Assembly (NCBI GenBank): GCA_963555825.3
Contig: CAUVXB020000002.1
Coordinates: 992,001 to 1,056,000, forward strand
Direction of reading: 5' to 3'
Length of the DNA: 64,000 nt
From: Alphaproteobacteria bacterium
GTDB lineage: Bacteria; Pseudomonadota; Alphaproteobacteria; JAAXGF01
The translations under genes and the position numbers were made by a program. Of the stretch, positions 39,616-49,040 are shown one piece after another. The notes under the pieces are model-generated. The model had not been told where the DNA came from and ran no database searches. It saw only the letters and a list, made by a program, of their open reading frames with translations. Position 1 is the first letter of the stretch, and each line of letters opens with the position of its first letter.

Positions 39616-39867
39616 ACGAACGCGCGCTGGCGGAAGGCGCGGGCCAGCGCCTGACGCTGTGGCAGGGTTCGGACGAGTAGGCACGGCGCGCCCGAGCGGC
39701 TACCATGTCGCCTCGATGCAGGGGCCGGAACGGACAGCATGGCCGCCAGAGAACCGTCGCGCTTCGAAGAATCGCATCCGCTGCGCATGTTCCCGACCTT
39801 CGTCTGGCGGGGCGAGGTCGCGGCGCAAACCCGCGACCCGCTCAACGCGGGCATCGTCGGCGCGCTC
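39616..39867 (+). repeat. 252-bp diverged duplicate of the cyclodeaminase end, spacer and TIGR02466 start
   Basis: Colinear with 34691-34942, scattered substitutions. Confidence 0.9.
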
Positions 39868-40392
39868 AACGAGATGAGGGGCGGCGCGCCCGCGCCCGGC
39901 GCGGCGTGGCAATCCGACCAGACGTTGCACGAACACGACGCGTTCGGCGAGCTGGTCGCCTGCGTCGACGAGGCGGCGGCCGCCGCGCTCGCGTACTTGA
40001 AGATCGGCCACGACGGCTTCGCGATCACGGCGTGCTGGGCCAATGTCAACGCGCCGGGCGCCGGCCACGCCATGCACAGCCATCCCAACAACCTGCTGAG
40101 CGGCATCTACTACGTCACGACGCCGGACGGCGCCGACACGGTGAACTTCCACGACCCCAGGCCGCAGGCCGCCATCATACGGCCGCCGGTGACCGAGCTG
40201 ACCGCCGACAACACCGATCAGGTCGTCGTCCGGGTGAGCGCCGGCACGCTGCTCGTCTTCCCGGCCTGGCTGCAGCACTCCGTCGACCCCAACCGGAGCA
40301 GCGAGACGCGCATCAGCGTCAGTTTCAACGTCATGCTCGCGTCCTACGCCGAACAGATGAGCAAGCCGCTCTGGGAGCCCGGCCAGGCTTGA
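39739..40392 (+). CDS. TIGR02466-family putative 2OG-Fe(II) oxygenase
   Basis: WANVN...HAMHSHPNNLLSGIYY, FHDPRP, FPAWLQHSV, RISVSFN. Confidence 0.9.
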   Translation: MAAREPSRFEESHPLRMFPTFVWRGEVAAQTRDPLNAGIVGALNEMRGGAPAPGAAWQSDQTLHEHDAFGELVACVDEAAAAALAYLKIGHDGFAITACWANVNAPGAGHAMHSHPNNLLSGIYYVTTPDGADTVNFHDPRPQAAIIRPPVTELTADNTDQVVVRVSAGTLLVFPAWLQHSVDPNRSSETRISVSFNVMLASYAEQMSKPLWEPGQA

Positions 40393-40479
40393 CGGATTGC
40401 GAACGTCTACGATCTCACTTCGGGCGCAAGGAGCGGATAGCGGGGTGCGCTGGCGCGGCCTATCTATCGGGTCTAGACT

Positions 40480-41568
40480 ATGAACCCCGAGGAGAAAACC
40501 GTGACCGATGAGGAACGCTGGCGGGCGACCGAGGCCCGCGACGCCGCAAGCGACGGCGCCTTCGTCTTCGCCGTTTCGTCGACCGGCATCTATTGCCGGC
40601 CGTCCTGCCCGAGCCGCCGGCCGAAGCGCCAAAACGTCGCCTTCTACGCGCTGCCCGAGGCGGCCGAGCGCGCTGGCTACCGCGCCTGCTTCCGCTGCAA
40701 GCCGCGCGAGACGGCCGCCGCCGACCCGCGTATCGAGGCGGTGCGCCAGACCTGCCGCTACATCGAGGACCACGACGAAGGCCCGCCGACACTGGCCGCG
40801 CTCGCCGCGCACGTCGGCCTGAGCCCGCACCACCTGCAGCGCACGTTCAAGCGCTACCTGGGCGTCAGCCCGCGCCAATACGCCGACGCGCGGCGTCTCG
40901 AGCGGCTCAAGGCGTCGCTCAAGGCGGGCGATCAGGTGACCGGCGCGCTCTACGAGGCGGGCTATGGCTCGTCGAGCCGGCTCTACGAGAAGGCGCCGGC
41001 CCAGCTCGGCATGACGCCGGCGACCTACCGCAAGGGCGGCGCCGGCGCACGTATCGGCTACACCATCGTCGAGAGCCCCTTGGGGCGGCTGCTGGTCGGC
41101 GCCACCGAGCGCGGCGTCTCGGCGGTCTGCCTGGGGACAAGCGACGGCGCGCTGGAGGCCATCCTGCGCGACGAGTTCCCGGCCGCCGAGATCGCCCGCG
41201 ACGACCAGCGGCTCGCCGGTTGGGTCGGCGACATCCTGGCGCATCTCGACGGCCGCCGGCCGCATCTCGACCTGCCGGTCGACGTGCGCGCGACCGCCTT
41301 CCAGCGCGCCGTCTGGGAGGCCCTGCGCGCCATCCCCTACGGCGAGACGCGGTCATACGCCGAGGTCGCGCAAGCGATCGGCCGGCCAAAGGCCGTGCGC
41401 GCGGTGGCCAACGCCTGCGCGGCCAACCCGGTCGCCGTCGTCGTGCCGTGTCATCGGGTCGTGCGCGCCGACGGCGCCGCCGGCGGCTACCGCTGGGGCG
41501 CCGAGCGCAAGAAGACGCTGCTCGACGCCGAACGCGCTGCCCACGGCGCGCGGGACGACGCCGCGTAG
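40480..41568 (+). CDS. ada: Bifunctional Ada regulator / O6-methylguanine-DNA methyltransferase
   Basis: TGIYCRPSC and RACFRC zinc site, AraC HTH, VPCHRV. Confidence 0.96.
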   Translation: MNPEEKTVTDEERWRATEARDAASDGAFVFAVSSTGIYCRPSCPSRRPKRQNVAFYALPEAAERAGYRACFRCKPRETAAADPRIEAVRQTCRYIEDHDEGPPTLAALAAHVGLSPHHLQRTFKRYLGVSPRQYADARRLERLKASLKAGDQVTGALYEAGYGSSSRLYEKAPAQLGMTPATYRKGGAGARIGYTIVESPLGRLLVGATERGVSAVCLGTSDGALEAILRDEFPAAEIARDDQRLAGWVGDILAHLDGRRPHLDLPVDVRATAFQRAVWEALRAIPYGETRSYAEVAQAIGRPKAVRAVANACAANPVAVVVPCHRVVRADGAAGGYRWGAERKKTLLDAERAAHGARDDAA

Positions 41569-41607
41569 AACCCGGGCGCAAGCCCAAGTCGACGGAGGCG
41601 TGAGGCC

Positions 41608-42036
41608 ATGCCCAAGACCGGCGGCTGCCAATGCGGCGCGGTGCGCTACGAGCTGACCGGCGAGCCCTTGCCGGCGATCATCTGTCACTGCACGGAATGC
41701 CAGAAGCAGACCTCGAGCGCCTTCGGCATGACGCTGCCGGTCGCCAAGCGCGATTTCAGGCTCACGTCGGGGTCGCTCAAGGAATGGCGGCGGACGGCCG
41801 ACAGCGGGCGCGAGCTGGCGTGTTTTTTCTGCCCCGAGTGCGGCAGCCGCGTCTATCACTCGTCCTCGCTCGGGCCGGACTACTGGCACCTCAAGCCCGG
41901 CACGCTCGACGACACGAGCTGGCTCGCGCCGGTCGCGCAGGTGTGGACCGATTCGGCGCAGCCCTGGCTCGAGCTCGCCAACTTGGCGTCCTACCCCCGC
42001 CAACCCGCCAATATCGCAGCGCTGCTGAAGCGCTGA
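41608..42036 (+). CDS. GFA / CENP-V family protein
   Basis: GGCQCG, CHCTECQ, FCPECGS. Confidence 0.93.
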   Translation: MPKTGGCQCGAVRYELTGEPLPAIICHCTECQKQTSSAFGMTLPVAKRDFRLTSGSLKEWRRTADSGRELACFFCPECGSRVYHSSSLGPDYWHLKPGTLDDTSWLAPVAQVWTDSAQPWLELANLASYPRQPANIAALLKR

Positions 42037-42052
42037 CGCGCCGGTCCCCCGC

Positions 42053-43261
42053 CTAATAGCGGCGCGGGATGTAGCGGGTCAGGTAAGTCAGCAGTACCAT
42101 GGACGCGCCCGAGGCGACGAAGACGGCGGGCAGCGTGAAGACACTCAACAGCGCGGCGAAGACGCCCGGCGCGCCGAGCTGGGCGGCCTCGCGGTAGGTC
42201 GAGAACACCGACGCCATCTCGGTGCGCTCGTGGGGGTGAACGGCGCGGAAGAACAGCGCGTTGCCGGCGGCATCGATCCAAGACGCGCAGGCGGTGCCGG
42301 CGAGCAGCAGGGTGACGCCGAGCCAGGCGACGTCCGACACCGCCGCCACCGCGATCGTCACGCAGCCGGTCGCGAGGTAGCCGACCGCGAGCAGCGCGCG
42401 CAGACCGATCCGGCCGCCCAGCCGGCCCCACAGCGGCACCAGCAGCATCGGCAGCGCCGCGGCGGAGAGCACGATGCCGGCCAATTCCTCGCCCAGGCCG
42501 CTCTGGACGCAATAGATCGGCGTGTAGATGAAGAACATCGTCCACCAGCCCGACCGGCCGAAGGCCAGCAGCCAGGCCAGCCGAAGCCTGGGCTGGCGCG
42601 CGAAGCGGACCAAGAAGCGCAGCGGGTTCGGCGGCCGCCCGCGGAACGCGGTGCCGGCTGGGTGGCTCGAAAACCCGGCGCGGAGCGCATAGGCGCAAAC
42701 CGCGATTGTGAGCACGGCGGCGAGCGCGAAAGGGCTCCACAGACCGAATTGGAGCGAGAGCCAGATGCCGAGCCACGGCCCGACGAGAAATCCGATCGCC
42801 ATGAAGAACATGCGGACCGGCTCGAAGCGGGCCAGCGCGCGCCGCGGGATGCGTTCCATGATCGCGACCTCGAACGCCACGTCGACGCACAGGTAACCGA
42901 AGACACGGAAGGCCAGACCGACGATCAACGGCAGCATCATGCCGAGCGACATCAGGACCGACGAGACCGCCACGCAGACGCCGCCGATCGCGAAAATACT
43001 CCGCCGGCCGGCCAGGTGGACGAGCCAAGGCATGACGAATGCGCCGCCGACGCCGACGAAGCTGACGCCGAAGAACAGCACGCTGACGTTGAGCGCGGTG
43101 CCGAGGATCGCCAGCGCCTCGATCGGGATGACCGCCGACGGCAACACCCAGCAGAGCGCCAGCACGCACTGCATCATGCCGAAGGGCAGGGCGTCGCGCA
43201 GGTCGGCGACGCCGAGCCAGGCGACAGGCGAGAGGCGCCGCGCACGTCCGGATTGGCTCAA
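42053..43261 (-). CDS. MFS transporter
   Basis: About 12 hydrophobic segments, GRLGGRIGLR. Confidence 0.85.
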   Translation of the reverse strand: MSQSGRARRLSPVAWLGVADLRDALPFGMMQCVLALCWVLPSAVIPIEALAILGTALNVSVLFFGVSFVGVGGAFVMPWLVHLAGRRSIFAIGGVCVAVSSVLMSLGMMLPLIVGLAFRVFGYLCVDVAFEVAIMERIPRRALARFEPVRMFFMAIGFLVGPWLGIWLSLQFGLWSPFALAAVLTIAVCAYALRAGFSSHPAGTAFRGRPPNPLRFLVRFARQPRLRLAWLLAFGRSGWWTMFFIYTPIYCVQSGLGEELAGIVLSAAALPMLLVPLWGRLGGRIGLRALLAVGYLATGCVTIAVAAVSDVAWLGVTLLLAGTACASWIDAAGNALFFRAVHPHERTEMASVFSTYREAAQLGAPGVFAALLSVFTLPAVFVASGASMVLLTYLTRYIPRRY

Positions 43262-44175
43262 GACGCCGCGTGCCCCACTGCGTCGCCGGCCGCCTCGCCG
43301 ACCAGCCAGTCGCGGAAGGCGGCGATGTTGGGCGGCGTGGTGGCGGTCTTCGGATAGACCACGTAATAGGCGAAGTCGTGGTCGACTGTGGCGGCGAAGG
43401 GCGCGATCAGCCGGCCGGTGGCGAGATCGGCGGCGGCCAGCACGGTGTAGCCGATCGCGACGCCGAGGCCGTCGAGCGCCGCCTGCAGCGCCATCGCCGG
43501 GTCGTGCAGGCTAAGCCCGCCCGTGGGCTCGATGCCCGCGACGCCGGCGCCATCGAGCCATAGCCGCCATTCGTCGCCGATGCGCGCGTCGCCGACGTCG
43601 GCGTGGATCAGCGTGTGATGGGCGAGGTCGGCGGGCGCGCGCAGCGGCGCCGGACCGGCGGCGAGCGCCGGGCTGCAGACCGGCGTCATGGCGATCGCCA
43701 GCAGATGCTCGACGGTATGGCCCGGCCAATCGCCGTCGCCGCAGCGCACCGCCATGTCGCAATCCTCGTGCGCCAGGTCGACGAAGCGCAGCGACGGTGC
43801 CAGGCGGACGTCGATCTCGGGATGCTTAGCGCGGAAGCGGCCGAGACGCGGGATCAGCCAGCGCGAGGCAAACGACGGGGTCAGCGTCACGGTCAGGGCC
43901 CGCGGTCCCGGACCCAGCCCGTCGAGCGTCTCGGCGACGCGGTCGAGCGACTCGCTCATCACCGGCAGCAACACCTGGCCCGCTTCGGTCAGCACGACGC
44001 GGCGATGGCGGCGCTCGAACAGCGCGGTACCGAGCGCGTCCTCGAGCGCCTTGACGTGGTGGCTGATGGCGGCGTGGGTGACGCCGAGCTCCTCGGCCGC
44101 GCGGGTGAAGCTAAGGTGCCGGCCGGCGGCCTCGAACGCGCGCAGGGCATTGAGCTGAAGGTCGCGACGATACAT
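43258..44175 (-). CDS. LysR-family regulator (GcvA-like)
   Basis: LNALRAFEAAGRHLSFTRAAEELGVT..AISH, WLIPRL..F. Confidence 0.95.
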   Translation of the reverse strand: MYRRDLQLNALRAFEAAGRHLSFTRAAEELGVTHAAISHHVKALEDALGTALFERRHRRVVLTEAGQVLLPVMSESLDRVAETLDGLGPGPRALTVTLTPSFASRWLIPRLGRFRAKHPEIDVRLAPSLRFVDLAHEDCDMAVRCGDGDWPGHTVEHLLAIAMTPVCSPALAAGPAPLRAPADLAHHTLIHADVGDARIGDEWRLWLDGAGVAGIEPTGGLSLHDPAMALQAALDGLGVAIGYTVLAAADLATGRLIAPFAATVDHDFAYYVVYPKTATTPPNIAAFRDWLVGEAAGDAVGHAAS

Positions 44176-44274
44176 CGACTTCCTGTAAATTTTTCTAACA
44201 TAATCTGTGCGAAATCGTCGTTTGCGGTCAAGGTGAAACGCGCGTATGCGTGGGACAAGCGAGGGGAACCAGAC

Positions 44275-45060
44275 ATGGACCAAGCCGCGGTACAGCGGGC
44301 CGCCGAAATCCTCAACGACGCGCGCATCCAGCGCCGGCGCATCGACGGCCTGCCCGACGACTGCAAGCCCCAGACGATCGAGGACGGCTACCGCGTCCAG
44401 GACGCGTTGACCGCGTTGCGCGGCATCGAGCCGACGGCCTGGAAGATCGGCTCGACGAGCAAGCAGGCGCAGGCCATCGTCGGCACCACCGAGCCCTTCG
44501 GCGCGCCGCTCGCGGCGGCGATCTGCCACGCGAGCCCGGCAGTGATCCCGCGCGAGACGCTGTTCATGCGCGCGCTCGAGGTCGAATTCGCCTTCACGCT
44601 GGCCGCCGACTTGGCCCCCGACGGCGCGCCGTATTCCCGCGCGCGGGTCATCGCCGCGGTGGCCACGCTGCACCCGGCGATCGAGGTCTCGGATTCGCGC
44701 TACACCGACTGGAGCGCGGTGGGCGCGCCGAGCATCATCGCCGACGGCGGCAACGACGGCGCCTTCGTGCTCGGTGAGGGCATCGCCGATTGGCGCGGCT
44801 TCGACCTGCCGGCGCATGCCGCCGCGCTCTGTGTCAACGGCGCGAAGGCGGCCGACGGCATCGGCGCCCGGGTGCTGGGCGACCCGGTGACGGCGCTGGT
44901 CTGGCTGGCCAACGACCGCGCGCGGCGCGGCGACGGCCTGCGCGCCGGCCAGGTCGTTTCGACTGGCAGCTGTACCGGCGTGACGATGGCCGAGCCGGGC
45001 GACAGCGCGCGCGCCGAGATGGGCAGCATGGGCACGGTCGAACTGACGTTCGGCGATTGA
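44275..45060 (+). CDS. 2-keto-4-pentenoate hydratase family protein
   Basis: WKIG.TS, EVEFAF, PAIEVSDSR, GDPV.AL.WLAN, TGSCT. Confidence 0.9.
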   Translation: MDQAAVQRAAEILNDARIQRRRIDGLPDDCKPQTIEDGYRVQDALTALRGIEPTAWKIGSTSKQAQAIVGTTEPFGAPLAAAICHASPAVIPRETLFMRALEVEFAFTLAADLAPDGAPYSRARVIAAVATLHPAIEVSDSRYTDWSAVGAPSIIADGGNDGAFVLGEGIADWRGFDLPAHAAALCVNGAKAADGIGARVLGDPVTALVWLANDRARRGDGLRAGQVVSTGSCTGVTMAEPGDSARAEMGSMGTVELTFGD

Positions 45061-45078
45061 GACTCGAGGAGACACGAG

Positions 45079-46218
45079 ATGACCGACGAACGCATTCTTT
45101 CCGCCGATTCACATATCGTCGAGCCGGCCGACTTCTGGACGCGCCATATCGACCCGGCGTTCGCTGAGCGGGCGCCACGCGCGCACACCGACGACGGCGG
45201 TATCGTCCATTTCACGGTCAATGGCGGCACGCCGCTCGGCTCGGTCGGTGCGCCGTCGCAGGCTGGCGTGCGCTTCGAGAACCCGGAACAGGTGACCTTC
45301 GAGGGCGCCTGGGCCGACGTCCGGCCGGGCTGCGCCGATCCCGGGCCGCGCCTGGCCGATCTCGCGCGCGACGGCGTCTCGGGTGAGGTCGTCTTCCCGA
45401 CGCTCGGCGCGCGCATCTACGGCGTCATCGACGGCGATCTGCGCAAGGCCTGTTTCAAGGCGGGCAACGACTGGCTGATCACCGAGTTCTGCGCCGCCGA
45501 CCCGAACACCTTCAAGGGCATCGCATTGCTCGATACCGACGACGTCGCCTGGTCGGTCGCCGAGTTGGAGCGCTGCGTCGCCGCGGGCCTCGCGGGCGGC
45601 ATGATCCCGACCTATCCGGGCCCCAACCGGCCCTATCACCTGGCCGATTACGACGCCCTGTGGGCGGCCGCCCAGGATCTCGAGACGCCGCTCGCCTTCC
45701 ACATCGCGGCGACCTGCGCCGGGCCCGGCCAGCGCAGCATCTTCACCAGCGAATGGACCAGCCCCGACGCGGCGGCGTATTCGTCAACCCAGGACTATTG
45801 GGTGCGCCGCTCGGTCGGCGAGATGATCTTCGCCGGCGTGTTCGACCGCTTCCCCGGCCTCAAGTTGACGATCGTCGAGCACGAGCTCGCCTGGGCGATC
45901 TACTTCCTCGAAAAGATGGACGCGACCTATACCGAGCTGAGCCAGACCGCGCCCTACCGCTTCAAGGACGGCGTGCTGCCCAGCGACTTCTTCCGCACCA
46001 ACATCTTCCTCACCTTCCAGGAGGACAAGATCGGCCTCGAGGTGCTGTCGAGGATGATCGGCACCGACACGCTGATGTTCGGCTCCGACTACCCGCATGC
46101 CGAATCGACCTGGCCCGAATCGCGCCGCTTCCTCGACGACATGCTGGCCGGCGTTTCCGATGTCGACCGGCGCAAGATGGTGTGCGACAACGTAGCCAGC
46201 CTGTTCAAGTTCGACTGA
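45079..46218 (+). CDS. Amidohydrolase_2 family metalloenzyme
   Basis: SADSHIVEP, FHI, GVFDRFP.L, FGSDYPHAES. Confidence 0.92.
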   Translation: MTDERILSADSHIVEPADFWTRHIDPAFAERAPRAHTDDGGIVHFTVNGGTPLGSVGAPSQAGVRFENPEQVTFEGAWADVRPGCADPGPRLADLARDGVSGEVVFPTLGARIYGVIDGDLRKACFKAGNDWLITEFCAADPNTFKGIALLDTDDVAWSVAELERCVAAGLAGGMIPTYPGPNRPYHLADYDALWAAAQDLETPLAFHIAATCAGPGQRSIFTSEWTSPDAAAYSSTQDYWVRRSVGEMIFAGVFDRFPGLKLTIVEHELAWAIYFLEKMDATYTELSQTAPYRFKDGVLPSDFFRTNIFLTFQEDKIGLEVLSRMIGTDTLMFGSDYPHAESTWPESRRFLDDMLAGVSDVDRRKMVCDNVASLFKFD

Positions 46219-46269
46219 TCACGGCGCGCGCGCCGCGTTTCGTCGACATCGAGAAACCCGGAGGCGCCG

Positions 46270-46644
46270 ATGACCAAGATCGTCTATCCGTCCGATCTTC
46301 CCTTCCCGTTCGCCAAGGCGGTGCGCGCCGGCGACTTCGTCTTCGTCTCGGGCCAAATCCCGTTCGGGCCCGACGGCCTGATCGTCCAGGGCACCATCGA
46401 GGTGCAGACCCGCGTCGTGCTCGAGAGCATCCGCAACACCCTGGCCGAGGCCGACTGCACGCTCGCCGACGTGGTCAAGAACACCATCTGGCTCACCGAC
46501 ACGCGCGACTTCGCCGGCTTCAACAAGGTCTACGCCGAATTCTTCGCCGACGCGCCGCCGGCGCGCGCGACGGTGCGTTCCGACCTCATGCTCGACGCCA
46601 AGATCGAGATCGAAAGCCTCGCCTACAAGCCGCTCGACGGTTGA
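46270..46644 (+). CDS. RidA-family protein
   Basis: FVSGQ, DVVK, FN.VYAEFF..APPARATV, IEIE. Confidence 0.93.
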   Translation: MTKIVYPSDLPFPFAKAVRAGDFVFVSGQIPFGPDGLIVQGTIEVQTRVVLESIRNTLAEADCTLADVVKNTIWLTDTRDFAGFNKVYAEFFADAPPARATVRSDLMLDAKIEIESLAYKPLDG

Positions 46645-47447
46645 TGCGCGGCCTCGACTCGCTGCATGCGTTCCGCGCGGACCATCCACCGGCCACCGTC
46701 TCGATCGGCGGCCGCGAGTGGCGCTATATCGCGAGCCAGGCCGACGCGTCGGCGCCGGCGCTGGTCATGCTGCCGGGCGCGTTCGGCGCCGCCGAGCTGT
46801 TCTGGAACCAGATCACCGACTTGGGCGACCGGCTGCGCATCGTCGCCGCGACCTATCCGCCGGCCGACGATGTCGGATTGCTCGCCGACGACGTCGCCGG
46901 GCTGATGGACCATCTGGGGCTCGCCTCGGCCAACCTCTTGGGCACGTCACTCGGCGGCTATATCGCGCAGCGCTTCGCCGGGCGCCACGGGGCGCGCATC
47001 GAGACGCTGTTCCTCGCCAACTCGCTGAGCAGGACCGATCAGCTCGCGCGCGACTTCGATCACGCGGCGATCGCGGTGCGGACGGGCGGTGACATCAGGG
47101 CCGGGGTCGAGGCGGGTATCGCGGCCTACGCCGAGACAGACCCGGCGGTCGCCGTGCTCAAGAAAATCCTGGTCGATCACGGCCGGCATTGCCTGACCGA
47201 CGCGATGGTGAAATCGCGCATGCTGGCGCTCGCCTCGCTTACCGAGCCGCCGCCACTCGCCGTGCCCGAGGAACGAATCGTTCTGATCGAGAGCGACGAC
47301 GACCCGGTGATCGCCGCGGCCGGCCGCGTCCACATGCGCCAACGCTATCCCGGCGCGCCATGCCATACGCTGACCAGCGGCCACTTCCCCTATGTCACGC
47401 GCGCCGATCGCTACAGCGCGATCATCGCCGAACGGCTTCTCGCATGA
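46644..47447 (+). CDS. Alpha/beta hydrolase (maspardin-like)
   Basis: MLPG, GTSLGG nucleophile elbow, DDPV, GHFPY; TGATG coupling to the RidA gene. Confidence 0.85.
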   Translation: MRGLDSLHAFRADHPPATVSIGGREWRYIASQADASAPALVMLPGAFGAAELFWNQITDLGDRLRIVAATYPPADDVGLLADDVAGLMDHLGLASANLLGTSLGGYIAQRFAGRHGARIETLFLANSLSRTDQLARDFDHAAIAVRTGGDIRAGVEAGIAAYAETDPAVAVLKKILVDHGRHCLTDAMVKSRMLALASLTEPPPLAVPEERIVLIESDDDPVIAAAGRVHMRQRYPGAPCHTLTSGHFPYVTRADRYSAIIAERLLA

Positions 47448-48925
47448 CCGATGAGAACCTACCGTCCGAAACGTGGCGGCTTTCGGCCGTCGACGCCGTC
47501 GACCTCCTGAAACGCGGCGAGGTCTCGCCGCTCGAGCTGGTCGACGCGGCGGCGGCACGCATCGCCGCGACCGACGGCGCAATCAACGCGCTCCCCATCC
47601 TCTGCCTCGACCGCGCGCGCGACCATGCGCGGCGACTGATGGCGAAGCCGCCGGCCGAGCGCGGCCTGCTCGGCGGCCTGCCGATCGCGGTCAAGGACCT
47701 CAACGCGGTCGCCGGCGTGCGCTGCACCCAGGGCTCGCCGATCTTCGCCGACGACGTGCCAGCGCGCTCCGACATCATGGTCGAGACGCTGGAAGAGCGC
47801 GGCGCGATCGTCATCGGCAAATCCAACACGCCCGAGTTCGGCGCCGGCGCGAGCACCTTCAACGAGGTCTTCGGCAAGACGCGCAACCCGTGGAACGTCG
47901 AGAAATCGGTCGCCGGCTCGTCGGGCGGCGCGGCGGCCTGCGTCGCTGCCGGTCAGGCCTGGCTCGCGACCGGCTCGGACCTCGGCGGCAGCCTGCGCAC
48001 GCCGGCGAGTTTCAATTCGGTCGTGGGTTTAAGGCCGAGCCCCGGCCGCGTCGCCTGCGGGCCGACGACGCTGCCATTCAACACGCTCATGGTCGAGGGC
48101 CCGATCGCGCGCAACGCGGCCGACTGTGCGCTGTTCCTCGACGCCATGGCGGGCTGGCACCCGGAAGACCCGCTATCGCTCGCGGCACCCGTGGTGCCGT
48201 TCCTCGATGCGGTACAGGGCGCGCGACCACCGGCTCGCATCGGCTTCAGTCCCGATATCGGCATCGTACCGGTCGACCGCGAGGTCGCCGCGATCTGCGA
48301 GGCCGCCACCCAGCGCTTCGCCGAGATGGGCGCCGAGATCGACGACGCCTGTCCCGACTTCTCGGGCGCCATCGAGTGCTTCCAGACGCTGCGCGCGGCG
48401 GCCTTCGCGGCGGGCATGGAACCGCTGCTGCGCGGCCATCGCGACAAGCTCAAACCCGAGGTCATCTGGAACATCGAAAAGGGCCTGGCGTTGACCGCCG
48501 ACGAGATCGGCCGCGCCGAGCGCACCCGGGCGAAGCTCTATGCCAGCGTCGCCGCCTTCTTCGCCGATCACGATTTCCTGCTTTGCCCGGCGGCGATCGT
48601 GCCGCCGTTCGACGTCGACATCCGCTATGTCGAGGAAGTCGACGGCCAGCGCTTCGACAACTACGTGCACTGGATCGCGATCACCTTCGCGATCACGCTG
48701 ACCAGTTGCCCGGCGGTCTCGGCGCCGGCCGGCTTCACGGGCGCGGGACTGCCGGTCGGCCTGCAGATCGTCGGCCCGCCGCGCGGCGAGGCGGCCGTGC
48801 TCGGCGCCGCGGCGCTCCTCGAGCAGGCGACCGGCATCGCGGGGCGCCTGCCGATCGACCCGATGACCGCCGACGGCACGCGCCTCGTCGCCCGAGCTTC
48901 GGTCGACATCTCTACTAAAACATAA
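47444..48925 (+). CDS. Amidase-signature family enzyme
   Basis: PIAVKD, GKSNTPEFG, GSSGG, GSDLGGSLRTPA, GLPVGLQ. Confidence 0.95.
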   Translation: MTDENLPSETWRLSAVDAVDLLKRGEVSPLELVDAAAARIAATDGAINALPILCLDRARDHARRLMAKPPAERGLLGGLPIAVKDLNAVAGVRCTQGSPIFADDVPARSDIMVETLEERGAIVIGKSNTPEFGAGASTFNEVFGKTRNPWNVEKSVAGSSGGAAACVAAGQAWLATGSDLGGSLRTPASFNSVVGLRPSPGRVACGPTTLPFNTLMVEGPIARNAADCALFLDAMAGWHPEDPLSLAAPVVPFLDAVQGARPPARIGFSPDIGIVPVDREVAAICEAATQRFAEMGAEIDDACPDFSGAIECFQTLRAAAFAAGMEPLLRGHRDKLKPEVIWNIEKGLALTADEIGRAERTRAKLYASVAAFFADHDFLLCPAAIVPPFDVDIRYVEEVDGQRFDNYVHWIAITFAITLTSCPAVSAPAGFTGAGLPVGLQIVGPPRGEAAVLGAAALLEQATGIAGRLPIDPMTADGTRLVARASVDISTKT

Positions 48926-49019
48926 GCAGTATATATTTTCTCGCGGCTTCACAATAATCGTAAGCAGTATACATTTTGCGTATCATCTTCGCACGGAAAA
49001 TGTATACTGCTTACGTTTT
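48917..49019. repeat. AT-rich REP-like element, three copies of TAAGCAGTATAYATTTT
   Basis: Direct copies 48923-48939 and 48961-48977, inverted copy 48997-49013; between convergent genes; first copy supplies the amidase TAA. Confidence 0.8.
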
Positions 49020-49040
49020 CAGGACCACGGAGCGGCGGGC

